Source of the DNA: Candidatus Latescibacterota bacterium
GTDB taxonomy: Bacteria > Latescibacterota > UBA2968 > UBA8231
Length of the DNA stretch: 64,000 bases
Reading direction: 5' to 3'
Assembly: GCA_965200315.1 (NCBI GenBank)
Contig: OZ241362.1
Location: forward strand, 1,696,001 to 1,760,000
The notes beneath the pieces are model-generated. The model saw only the letters and a list, made by a program, of their open reading frames with translations. It was not told the DNA's origin and ran no database searches. A program made the translations under genes and the position numbers. This document shows positions 19,133 through 28,143 of this stretch, piece by piece. Position 1 is the stretch's first letter; each line of letters begins with the position of its first letter.

Positions 19133-19911
19133 ACATTCTCTTCGTTGCCGATATCTTTGCCCGACCGGGCCGCCGGGTCGCCGCAGCCGTAATTCCCGAG
19201 TTGGTGAAACAGCGCGAAGTCTCTCTGGTAATCGCCAACGGCGAAAATGCCGCCGGAGGGTTTGGCCTCACCAACCGCATTGTGTGCAATCTGCACAGCT
19301 ATGGCACCGACGTCATAACCAGCGGCAACCACGTCTGGGACCGCCGCGAGTTCATCCCGTACCTAGACCAATCCGACCGCGTCCTGCGCCCTTTCAACTA
19401 CCCAAAAGACGCTCCCGGCAGAGGTGCGACCGTCGTCTCCGCACGCGGCGGTCCCCCAGTGGCCGTGCTCTGCCTCCAAGGGCGCACCGGAATGCCCACC
19501 ATCGACTGCCCCTTCCGCATGGGCCGCGCCGAGGTCGAGCGCCTACGCGCAGAGACGCCCTTAGTCTTTGTGGATTTCCACGCCGAAGCCACGGCAGAGA
19601 AAATGGCTCTGGGCTTCCACCTCGACGGATTGGCCACCGCAGTCATCGGCACCCACACCCACGTGCAAACCGCGGATGAGCGCATCTTGCCCAAAGGCAC
19701 GGCGTACCTAACCGACGCTGGCATGACCGGCATCCGCGAATCCGTGATTGGCGTGCGTCCTGAAATAGCCATCCAACGCTTCCTCACCCAAGTGCCCACC
19801 CGTTTCAAGCCCGCCGATGGCAAGGCGATCCTCTGCGGCGTACTGGTTGAGGCCGACGAGGCAAGCGGCCGGGCCACTCGGATCGAGCGGTTGCAGCTAG
19901 CCGAGCCTTGA
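19129..19911 (+). CDS. ymdB: YmdB-family (TIGR00282) metallophosphoesterase
   Basis: ANGENAAGGFG, TSGNHVWD, DFHAEATAEK, GTHTHVQTADERILP, TDAGMTG; follows rny. Confidence 0.93.
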   Translation: MNILFVADIFARPGRRVAAAVIPELVKQREVSLVIANGENAAGGFGLTNRIVCNLHSYGTDVITSGNHVWDRREFIPYLDQSDRVLRPFNYPKDAPGRGATVVSARGGPPVAVLCLQGRTGMPTIDCPFRMGRAEVERLRAETPLVFVDFHAEATAEKMALGFHLDGLATAVIGTHTHVQTADERILPKGTAYLTDAGMTGIRESVIGVRPEIAIQRFLTQVPTRFKPADGKAILCGVLVEADEASGRATRIERLQLAEP

Positions 19912-19919
19912 CCTCGTGT

Positions 19920-19994
19920 GAATTAGGAATTAGGAATTAAAAACTAGAAATTGGGCGCGACGAGCACACCAATTCTCAATTCTCAATTTTAATT
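19920..19994. repeat. Inverted arrays of short heptamer tandem repeats forming an AT-rich hairpin
   Basis: Left arm GAATTAG GAATTAG GAATTAA AAACTAG AAATTGG; right arm CCAATTC TCAATTC TCAATTT TAATT. Confidence 0.75.
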
Positions 19995-20011
19995 GATTAC
20001 CCGGAGCACCT

Positions 20012-21256
20012 ATGTCCTTTCAAGAGCCGCTCTTTTGGGCCGATACCGAAGACGCAGCCCACCGGCCTTACTCGGTCTCCGAAATCACCAGCCAAGTCAA
20101 GGGGCTGCTCGAGGAGAACCTACCTAAGTGCTGGGTCGAGGGCGAGATTTCTCAGTACACCCACCACAGCTCCGGCCACCGCTATTTCACGCTCAAAGAC
20201 AACGCCAGCCAGCTAAGCGCGGTGATGTTCAAGTGGCAGGCCGGCTCGCTCTCCTTCAGCCCCCAACAGGGCATGCAGGTTCAGGTGTACGGACATATCT
20301 CCGTCTTCGAGCGCACCGGGAAGTACCAGCTCTACGCCGAGCAGATCAAACCCGCTGGCGTCGGTGAGCTGGCCATCGCCTTTGAGCAGCTCAAAAACCG
20401 CCTAGAGGCCGAAGGGCTTTTCGCAGAACACCGCAAGCGATCCCTGCCTCCGTATCCCCGCAAAATCGGCGTGGTAACCTCCCCGACTGGCGCGGCCATC
20501 CGCGACATCATCCAAATCCTCGACCGCCGCGCCCCGGATGTCGAGATAGTCCTCTGCCCCGCTCGGGTCCAAGGCGAGGAGGCCGCCGCTGAGATCGCCG
20601 CAGCCATCGCCAGCTTAAACCAGCTAGACGACATCGACGTGTTGATCGTCGGTCGCGGCGGCGGTGCGCCCGAAGACCTCTGGCCCTTTAACGACGAATC
20701 CGTCGCCCGGGCCATCTACCAGTCGCCCCAGCCCGTCATCTCTGCAGTCGGCCACGAGATCGACTACACCATCGCCGACTACGTGGCCGACTGCCGCGCC
20801 CCAACTCCCTCGGCCGCAGCCGAAATGGTCGTCCGCGAACGCAGTGCGCTGCGCGAGCGGGTCGTCTCACAACAAGGCCGGTTGCTCGCGGGAATGGAGC
20901 GTTATCTCCGCTCCTTAGAAGAGCGGTTGCGCCACTGCGATCCGAGTCGCCTGCACAAACGTCTCGACGACCGCTTGCAACAGCAAAACCTCTACCTCGA
21001 CGAGCGGTGCCAAGCCCTTTCTACCGCTTTCGATTGGTTTTTGCGCACTCGGGTCGAAGCCCTAGCCAACGCCACCACCCGCCTCGACGACCTCAGCCCG
21101 CTCACGAGCCTAGCACGCGGTTTTGCCCTAGTGGAACGCGTCGCCGACAAACGCCTCGTCCGCGACAGCGACGAGCTTCAGCCGGGCGATAAACTGCAAC
21201 TGCGCTTTCGCCGCGGAGGCGCTATCTGCCGTGTGGAGGAGAAACTCAATGAGTGA
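20012..21256 (+). CDS. xseA: Exodeoxyribonuclease VII large subunit
   Basis: WVEGEIS, SGHRYFTLKD, GVVTSPTGAAIRDI, VGRGGG, SAVGHEID, APTPSAAAE, LARGFA. Confidence 0.98.
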   Translation: MSFQEPLFWADTEDAAHRPYSVSEITSQVKGLLEENLPKCWVEGEISQYTHHSSGHRYFTLKDNASQLSAVMFKWQAGSLSFSPQQGMQVQVYGHISVFERTGKYQLYAEQIKPAGVGELAIAFEQLKNRLEAEGLFAEHRKRSLPPYPRKIGVVTSPTGAAIRDIIQILDRRAPDVEIVLCPARVQGEEAAAEIAAAIASLNQLDDIDVLIVGRGGGAPEDLWPFNDESVARAIYQSPQPVISAVGHEIDYTIADYVADCRAPTPSAAAEMVVRERSALRERVVSQQGRLLAGMERYLRSLEERLRHCDPSRLHKRLDDRLQQQNLYLDERCQALSTAFDWFLRTRVEALANATTRLDDLSPLTSLARGFALVERVADKRLVRDSDELQPGDKLQLRFRRGGAICRVEEKLNE

Positions 21257-21479
21257 ATCTTTTGAAGAAGCCCTAGCCGTGCTCGAAGCGAGCGTCCAGC
21301 GCCTCGAAGCAGGTGACCTCAAGCTCGAAGAGGCCCTCGAACTCTTTGAAAAAGGCGTTGCCGCCTCGCGCGTCTGCGGCCAGTGGCTCGACCAGACCCG
21401 CGAGCGCGTCCAAGTCCTCACCGCCGACGCCGAGGGCCAGTTCCACCTCTCTTTTCTGGACGACGAAGACGACCAATAG
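21249..21479 (+). CDS. xseB: Exodeoxyribonuclease VII small subunit
   Basis: SFEEAL..LE..V..LE.GDL.LEEAL..FEKG; overlaps the end of xseA. Confidence 0.95.
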   Translation: MSESFEEALAVLEASVQRLEAGDLKLEEALELFEKGVAASRVCGQWLDQTRERVQVLTADAEGQFHLSFLDDEDDQ

Positions 21480-21498
21480 CCCCCTCGGCCTCGGCCCG

Positions 21499-23190
21499 AT
21501 GTTGACTCGCCTCTACATCAAGGACTTTGCCCTTATCGAAGAAGCGGTGATCGAATTCGGCCCCGGCCTCAACGTCGTCACCGGCGAGACCGGAGCCGGC
21601 AAGTCCATCCTCATCGGGGCCCTCAATTCCATCCTCGGCGGACCCACCAACGCCGATTTGGTGCGCAAAGGGGCCAGCTCGTGCGCAGTGGAGGGTTTTT
21701 TTGAACTGGACGACCAAGGTCAAATCGCACGCTTGGCCGATCTGGGCGTTCTATTGGAGGACAGCCAACTCATCCTCCGCCGCGAGATCCGCGGCCAAGG
21801 CCGCTCGCGAGCCTTTGTCAACGGCCAAGGCCAGCCAATCAAGCAGCTAAAGCAAATCGGCGCGATCTTGGTCGACCTGCACGGCCAACACGAACACCAA
21901 TCGCTGCTCGACCCCAAGCTCCACGCCCGCTTTCTCGATGCGTTTGCCGGGCTCGACGACCCGCGCCGCCGCGTGGGACAGCACTGGCGCGCTTACCGCG
22001 ATAGCGCAGCCCGCCTCGACCAGCTACGCGCAGAGCGCGACGCACTCGCCGCCGAAGACGAACTATGCACTTTCCAGCTAGAAGAGATTCGCCTTCTCGC
22101 ACCCCGACCGGATGAAGAGCCCGAGATAGAGCGCGAGTTGCAAGTCCTCGACAACGCCGAGACCCTATCCCAAGGCGGCCTCCAGCTCTACGACTTGCTC
22201 TATCAGCGCGAAGGCGCGGTTTACGAGGCACTCGGCCAAGTTCGCCGTCAGCTCGACCGGCTGCGCGAAATCGACCCTGCGCTCGACCCCCAAGCCGCAG
22301 CCTTAGAGGAACTGATCTACGAGGTCGAAGACCTAGCCGGCCAACTCCGCGACTACGCCCGCGGAATCGAAGTGCGCCCTAAGCGGGCCAACGAACTGCG
22401 CGAGCGCCGTGATGGCCTGCGCGCCTTAAAAAAGAAATACGGCGGCACCCTCGACACCGTGTTAGAACGCGCCCGCGAGCTTGCGGAGCGCGAAGACCGC
22501 GCTGACCGCCTCCGCGACGAGCTGGCCCAAGCGGCTGACCGCCGCGATCAAGCGCTCGCCGAGTTTGCCTCCTGTTGCCTCGCCCTTTCTGCGGCGCGCC
22601 AGCAGGCCAGCGCAACCTTGTCGCAGACGCTAGTTGCCGCCCTTGGAGAGTTGGGCATGGCCAAGGCCCAGTTTTACATTGAGCTGGCAACCACCGAGGA
22701 CCCAGAGGGGATAGTTCAGCGCGACGGGCGTCGCTACGCGGCGGGCGAGCACGGCATGGAGCACATCGCCTTTCACATTTCCGCCAATGCCGGCCAACCC
22801 CCGCGACCCCTAGCGCGCATTGCCTCGGGCGGGGAAATCTCGCGCGTGATGCTGGCCCTCAAAGAAGCGGTCGCCGGGCGCGACTTCGTTTCGACCTTGG
22901 TTTTCGACGAAATCGACGCTGGGATCTCGGGGCGCATCGCCGCAGCCGTTGGCCGCAAGCTACAGGTCCTCGCCGCGGCGCACCAAACCATCGCGATCAC
23001 CCATCTGCCGCAAATCGCTAGCCTCGCCGACCAGCACTTTTCAGTGCGCAAGCAGCAGGAGCAACAGCGGACCACCACCGAGGTCGTGTTACTCGACGCA
23101 ACGGCCCGCGCCGAGGAAATTGCCTATCTGTTGGCCGGCGAGACCATTTCGGATACAGCGCGCCAACACGCCCGCGAAATGCTGCAATAG
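21499..23190 (+). CDS. recN: DNA repair protein RecN
   Basis: TGETGAGKS, LHGQHEHQ, ASGGEISRVMLALK, FDEIDAGISG, ITHLPQIA; ATG at 21499. Confidence 0.97.
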   Translation: MLTRLYIKDFALIEEAVIEFGPGLNVVTGETGAGKSILIGALNSILGGPTNADLVRKGASSCAVEGFFELDDQGQIARLADLGVLLEDSQLILRREIRGQGRSRAFVNGQGQPIKQLKQIGAILVDLHGQHEHQSLLDPKLHARFLDAFAGLDDPRRRVGQHWRAYRDSAARLDQLRAERDALAAEDELCTFQLEEIRLLAPRPDEEPEIERELQVLDNAETLSQGGLQLYDLLYQREGAVYEALGQVRRQLDRLREIDPALDPQAAALEELIYEVEDLAGQLRDYARGIEVRPKRANELRERRDGLRALKKKYGGTLDTVLERARELAEREDRADRLRDELAQAADRRDQALAEFASCCLALSAARQQASATLSQTLVAALGELGMAKAQFYIELATTEDPEGIVQRDGRRYAAGEHGMEHIAFHISANAGQPPRPLARIASGGEISRVMLALKEAVAGRDFVSTLVFDEIDAGISGRIAAAVGRKLQVLAAAHQTIAITHLPQIASLADQHFSVRKQQEQQRTTTEVVLLDATARAEEIAYLLAGETISDTARQHAREMLQ

Positions 23191-23197
23191 CCCGACA

Positions 23198-23722
23198 ATG
23201 TTGGCCAATTTCCTCAGCGTCCTGCGGGTTTTGCTCATCCCCTTCCTACTCTATTTCATCGCCCAAGGACCGGCGGCCCAGCACCAAGCCGTGCTCCTAC
23301 TACTCATTGCTGGTGCCACAGACATCGGCGATGGCTGGGTGGCGCGTCGCTACAACCAAGTCTCCCGCCTCGGCAAGATACTCGACCCGCTGGCCGATAA
23401 AATTTTCCTCACCTGCCTGCTCGGCGGGCTAGTTTTCTGGCGCGACTTGCCGCTGTGGCTTTTGGGGATGCTCTTTGCCCGCGATGTGGCAATCGTATTG
23501 GTGGGGGGATTGCTCTTGCGTTCACAGGGGCTGGTCATTGCCGCCAACCGCTGGGGCAAATACACAACCGTCTGCACGGCACTTACGGCCCTCAGCTACG
23601 TCCTCGAAACCCCGGCCAGCTTGCGCACCGGGCTAAGTCTAGCGGCGGCGGCCTTGATCGTCGTCTCCAGCTTGAGCTACGCGCAGTTCGCGCTCCGGCT
23701 CTTGCAAAAAGACCGAACTTGA
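23198..23722 (+). CDS. pgsA: CDP-alcohol phosphatidyltransferase, PgsA-like
   Basis: ANFLSVLR...TDIGDGWVARR...SRLGKILDPLADK...RD...GKYTT. Confidence 0.85.
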   Translation: MLANFLSVLRVLLIPFLLYFIAQGPAAQHQAVLLLLIAGATDIGDGWVARRYNQVSRLGKILDPLADKIFLTCLLGGLVFWRDLPLWLLGMLFARDVAIVLVGGLLLRSQGLVIAANRWGKYTTVCTALTALSYVLETPASLRTGLSLAAAALIVVSSLSYAQFALRLLQKDRT

Positions 23723-23871
23723 AGATCAGTTGGGCTGGATCAAGCGATACCAGCGCAAATAGGCCTCGTCGAGGCGGCGGCGGTGGGCGTATATGCCGAT
23801 CATTTCTATCACTTTGAGCCGCAAGGCCAGCTTGTGCAGATCGACTTTGCCCATCTGACGCTCTTTGCGCT

Positions 23872-26800
23872 TCACAGCCCGAACCCAAAGTAGAAGCGCC
23901 ACTTGTCAATCTCACCTAGGTTGCCCTCGGAATCTCTCACAGTCAGGTAGCAGTCCCTCTCGGCCGGGTTGCATTCCGATTCCTCCCAGTCGCCATTGGG
24001 CGATCTCCCGAACCACTTCACCCGGGACGACGGGAGCGGACGCACCACTTGGAGATAGGCAAACATCGGGATGCGGTAGAAAGTAAAAAGCTGTAGCCGC
24101 AACTCGCCGCCGACATTGGTCAGGAATTCGTCGGTGTTGGGCCTAGATCGCCAAGGCTTTCCCTTCCAGAAGTCAATGTCCTCAAAGCTCGAGAAGTTGC
24201 CCACCGCCCCAGTTTCGGCAAATAGCTCGCCGTAGAGCTTGGAGAAGTTGAAGTTGATAAAGCGGCTGCTAATACGCTTGAGAATCGGAAATCCGTAGCC
24301 GACGCGAGCGTAGAGCAATTTGGTCCCCCAGTCGCTGAAATAAGGGTAGCCGCTGAGGAAGTTGCGCCCGCCAATATAGTAGCGCAGCGGCCAGTAGTAA
24401 CGGCCCTCCAAAAACCCACCGTTTTCGATAAAGCGGGGCTTGAGCCGGATGTTTTTGTATGCGCCAATTAGCTCGATGTTGAGCGAATTGGCGAACGGCA
24501 ACCGGATCCGCTCGTTGTACGCGGCTATGTATTCGTTGACCCGCATGCGGCGCTCGACGCCGACGAACTGGTCGCGGGGGACTCCATCGGGGGCGGTTTG
24601 CTCGGTCAGCGAATCGGCCACCGTCGGCATCAAATAGCGATAGATTAAAGCCATGGCGCGGCCCGATGGACTGAGCAAGCGGTCGGCCGTGGGGTTGATC
24701 TTTCGGTAGCGCCAAGTCGTGCTCAACAGATGCGTCCTAAAAAAGCTGAGGTTGTCGTAGAATTTTAGTGGATCCTCGTTGTCAACCAACAGGGTATCTT
24801 GCGCCAAAAGCGACGGATCTAAGGTGGCCGACACATCGACGCCGTCTTGCTCCAAATAGATCTGGTTCTGGCTGCGGAAGCGGCGCAAGGTCCAGCCCTC
24901 GGCATAGTCGCGCCATATATAGAGGGCGTTCAACTCGGTTCGCCGAGTCAGTGGTACATCGACGGCCACGGCCAATTGCCCCAAGGATGTCTTGAACAAA
25001 TCTTCGCGGCTACTGCCCTGATAGATGTATTGACGGACGTCCGGGATGAGCAGGCTGGAGACCGAATCGACTGGCACCGGATAGACATTGTCCACCTCGA
25101 GCGTATCGGCCGTGATCTGACGGTCCTTGATCAAGTTGTCGATCTCGCGCCGCCGCCCCGCTATGTAAAACGAGGGGTTGAAGGTCCGGTTGTTGCCCAC
25201 CTGTGGCCGGAGCCGGCGCTCGTAGAAGAAGCCGACATCTGTATTGAGATCTGTGGCATTGCGCATGTTCTTGCCGACAATGCCCCAAGCCGTCAGCTCC
25301 TGCCCACCAAGCATGTCGCCGGTGGTAAACTGCAAGCCGCCGCTGGCTTGATTGAGGCCAAAAGTGTTGCCGACATACGTGGGGCCGACCTGTAGAATCG
25401 GGATGTAGCGCAAGACGTTGCGCCCCCGGTACGACGCGACCTCGAACTGATCGGCCAGCTTGGGGCCGTCGAAGATGGAGCGATAGTCGCGCATCGCCAC
25501 TGGCTCGAAGTGCGCATCGCGCTCAAATTCGCCCATTTCAAAGCTATAGAGGCTATAGTCGTTGGAGTGATAGCCGCTGTACACCACGCGCTCGTCGGCC
25601 GCTACAGTCGGCACAAAAGCCCCGCCGATGACGTTGGTTAGCTGCTCGACTTCGCGGTTTTCCAAGCGGTAGCGGTAGATGTTGAAAACGCCGCTCTGGT
25701 CCGACGAAAACACAAAACCCGAGCCATCGGGCAGCCAGTGCGGATCGCGCTCGTCGGCCGGCGAGGCAACGACCGCACGGAACCCCGACGAGTCGGGATG
25801 GGCGAAGGCAACCGTATCGGGAAAGACTTCCATGGTTTCCTCCTCGCCTTCTTCGCTCTCTTCGTCTTCGCTCTTCTTTTTCTTCTTGGCCTTCTCAAAG
25901 GTCTTTGGCCGCGGCGGACTAGCGGCGCGGATCATCGCAATATCGCGGTCCTCGCCGCGAAACAAGCTGAAAAGCAGCCACTCGCCGTCGGGCGAGAAGC
26001 GCGGTGCCATGTACTGGGTGGCGTCGTTGTTGTTCGTCAGATAGACCAAATCCGTGCCGTCGCGATCGATGAGGCTGAGGTTGTTGGTCCCGTCCTTGTT
26101 GTGGACAAAGGCGATGCGCTGGCCATCGGGGGAAAACGAGGGGTCTTTGGCGCGCAGATTGGCGCTAATGCGGCGCTCCTCGTCCTCGGCCAAGTTGTAG
26201 ATGTAGAGGTCGTTGAAGCCACCCTTATTGCGGACGAAGACGATCTCCTTCCCGTCGGGAGACCAGCCAATCCGCGTATCTATCCGGCCTTTGAGTTTGG
26301 TCTTTTTTTGCGTCTCGAAATCGTAGATCTTGAGGCTCGTGATTCCATAGTCCTGCTTCTCACTGGTGAGGTACGCCAGTTTTTTGCCATCCGGCGACAG
26401 CGCCGGATGGTATTCGAGTACGCCCTCGTTGACCTCGTCGAGCGGCACCCCCTCGAAGAAGCCCTGCCCGTGAATTTCGGATTCGAGGCGACCGTAATTC
26501 TCGGCTAAGAAAGCGACCCAATCCGCGTAAAACTGGTCGGCGGAAATGCCCAACACCCGGCGAATGGCCGGGTCGAAGCTCAGCGAGCCGATCTGATGCG
26601 TCAGTGCATCGACCTTCTCGGCGCCGTACTGCTGATGGATGTACACCATCATCGCGTAGCCCTGATTGTACACGAACTCGCCGTAGAACTTGCCCGTGCG
26701 GTCCCAAACCGTCCCCATCTCCTCCCACGAAAGCAGATCGTCTTCCAGCACCGCCATCCGCAGCAACATGTCGCGGTGCGAATCCCAAGAGTCGTAGCCG

Positions 26801-27345
26801 AATTTTTGCGCCCCGTACTGGGCGATGCCCTCGGTCCAGCCGCGCGGGGCGTTGAGGTGGTACAGCGGGAACTGAAACGCGATGTCCGGATTGGAGTCGA
26901 AGCGCGAGACCGAGAGCAGCGCGAACTGGAAGGGCCATTTCTTGCGCGCCTTGTTGAGCGTCATGATGTGCGTCAATTCGTGCGTGACCACGTTTTTGAT
27001 CCAATCGTGGCTCCCGCGCAACTCAAAGTCGAGGCTAGTGGCCCAAATGGCCATGGTATTGCTGTAGTAGTTGGCCCAACCGTTGCCTAACACGTCGGAG
27101 TTGTCGAGGACGATGACGTGGATGGTGCGGAAGTCGTCATAGTAGTCGTAGGCCGCCGCGAGGGTAGGAAAGACCTCCTCGCAGGTTTCGGCTACTCGGC
27201 GTGCGGTACCCTCGGCCCCACGCGTGTAATGGACCCGGAAGTGATCGGTGACGATGGTTTGTATCTGGGCCTGGGCCGCTCCGGCGAGGAACAGCGCGGC
27301 AATGGCGGAAAAAATTGCTCGGCGCAACCTGTATCCCTTTCGCAA
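23872..27345 (-). CDS. Secreted fusion protein: zincin peptidase domain + TolB/PD40 beta-propeller + C-terminal Omp85-like barrel
   Basis: Signal AAQA-Q; HELTH...WTEGIAQY; repeats PALSPDG, WSPDG, PSFSPDG, PRFSPDG, PHWLPDG; C-terminal beta-signal WRFYFGFGL. Confidence 0.8.
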   Translation of the reverse strand: MRKGYRLRRAIFSAIAALFLAGAAQAQIQTIVTDHFRVHYTRGAEGTARRVAETCEEVFPTLAAAYDYYDDFRTIHVIVLDNSDVLGNGWANYYSNTMAIWATSLDFELRGSHDWIKNVVTHELTHIMTLNKARKKWPFQFALLSVSRFDSNPDIAFQFPLYHLNAPRGWTEGIAQYGAQKFGYDSWDSHRDMLLRMAVLEDDLLSWEEMGTVWDRTGKFYGEFVYNQGYAMMVYIHQQYGAEKVDALTHQIGSLSFDPAIRRVLGISADQFYADWVAFLAENYGRLESEIHGQGFFEGVPLDEVNEGVLEYHPALSPDGKKLAYLTSEKQDYGITSLKIYDFETQKKTKLKGRIDTRIGWSPDGKEIVFVRNKGGFNDLYIYNLAEDEERRISANLRAKDPSFSPDGQRIAFVHNKDGTNNLSLIDRDGTDLVYLTNNNDATQYMAPRFSPDGEWLLFSLFRGEDRDIAMIRAASPPRPKTFEKAKKKKKSEDEESEEGEEETMEVFPDTVAFAHPDSSGFRAVVASPADERDPHWLPDGSGFVFSSDQSGVFNIYRYRLENREVEQLTNVIGGAFVPTVAADERVVYSGYHSNDYSLYSFEMGEFERDAHFEPVAMRDYRSIFDGPKLADQFEVASYRGRNVLRYIPILQVGPTYVGNTFGLNQASGGLQFTTGDMLGGQELTAWGIVGKNMRNATDLNTDVGFFYERRLRPQVGNNRTFNPSFYIAGRRREIDNLIKDRQITADTLEVDNVYPVPVDSVSSLLIPDVRQYIYQGSSREDLFKTSLGQLAVAVDVPLTRRTELNALYIWRDYAEGWTLRRFRSQNQIYLEQDGVDVSATLDPSLLAQDTLLVDNEDPLKFYDNLSFFRTHLLSTTWRYRKINPTADRLLSPSGRAMALIYRYLMPTVADSLTEQTAPDGVPRDQFVGVERRMRVNEYIAAYNERIRLPFANSLNIELIGAYKNIRLKPRFIENGGFLEGRYYWPLRYYIGGRNFLSGYPYFSDWGTKLLYARVGYGFPILKRISSRFINFNFSKLYGELFAETGAVGNFSSFEDIDFWKGKPWRSRPNTDEFLTNVGGELRLQLFTFYRIPMFAYLQVVRPLPSSRVKWFGRSPNGDWEESECNPAERDCYLTVRDSEGNLGEIDKWRFYFGFGL

Positions 27346-27471
27346 AAAGGCGACCCGCAGCCAATTGCCGGTCGCTCCACAACTTGTGTAGGAAAATACT
27401 GGAGGCCATGCCCCCCGTCAAACGACACGGAGCCGCTTTCACGCGGCCTCGCCATTGGCTATTATACCTCC

Positions 27472-28143
27472 ATGCACTACACCATTCACCGCATCGACGA
27501 CCTCGACCTGCCCGACGCCGATTGGGAGCGTCCCCAATGGCAGGAGGCCGAGACCTTAGCGATTACCCGCTTTTCTTGGGAAGATTCCGGCCACCGCCCT
27601 CGCACTCAGGCGCGCCTGCTCTACGACGAGCGGGCACTATCCATTATCTTCCGCGTCGAGGACCGCTACGTCCGCGCCGTGGCCGAGCACTTCCAAGATT
27701 CAGTCTGCACCGATTCCTGCGTCGAGTTTTTCGTCGCACCCCTACCCGACTCGCAGGCTTACTTCAATTTCGAGGTCAACTGCGGCGGCACCATGCTCCT
27801 GCACCGCTGCCCTTCAGCCGCAGAGCGCACCCAAGGCCGAGCAACTGAAAACGTCAGCGAGGCCGACGGTGCCACCATCCACATCGCCACCACGCTTCCC
27901 AAGATCGTCGAGCCAGAACGCACCACCCCCACAACTTGGACGATCGAGTACCAAGTCCCCTTTGCCCTCTTTGCCCAGTATTTCGGTGCCCAGACGCCCG
28001 TGCGCGGCACCGAGTGGAAGGGCAACTTCTACAAGTGCGGCGACCACACCTCCCACCCCCACTGGGGCACGTGGGCCCCGGTAGATACGCCCAATCCGAG
28101 CTTTCACCAGCCCGACTTTTACCAGCCGCTCGTATTTGCCTAG
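27472..28143 (+). CDS. CBM9/DOMON-like carbohydrate-binding protein
   Basis: DSCVEFF..P....YFNFEVNCGG and WKGNFYKCGD.T..PHW..W.P...P.FHQPD.; ATG at 27472, while the ORF track extends further upstream. Confidence 0.8.
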   Translation: MHYTIHRIDDLDLPDADWERPQWQEAETLAITRFSWEDSGHRPRTQARLLYDERALSIIFRVEDRYVRAVAEHFQDSVCTDSCVEFFVAPLPDSQAYFNFEVNCGGTMLLHRCPSAAERTQGRATENVSEADGATIHIATTLPKIVEPERTTPTTWTIEYQVPFALFAQYFGAQTPVRGTEWKGNFYKCGDHTSHPHWGTWAPVDTPNPSFHQPDFYQPLVFA

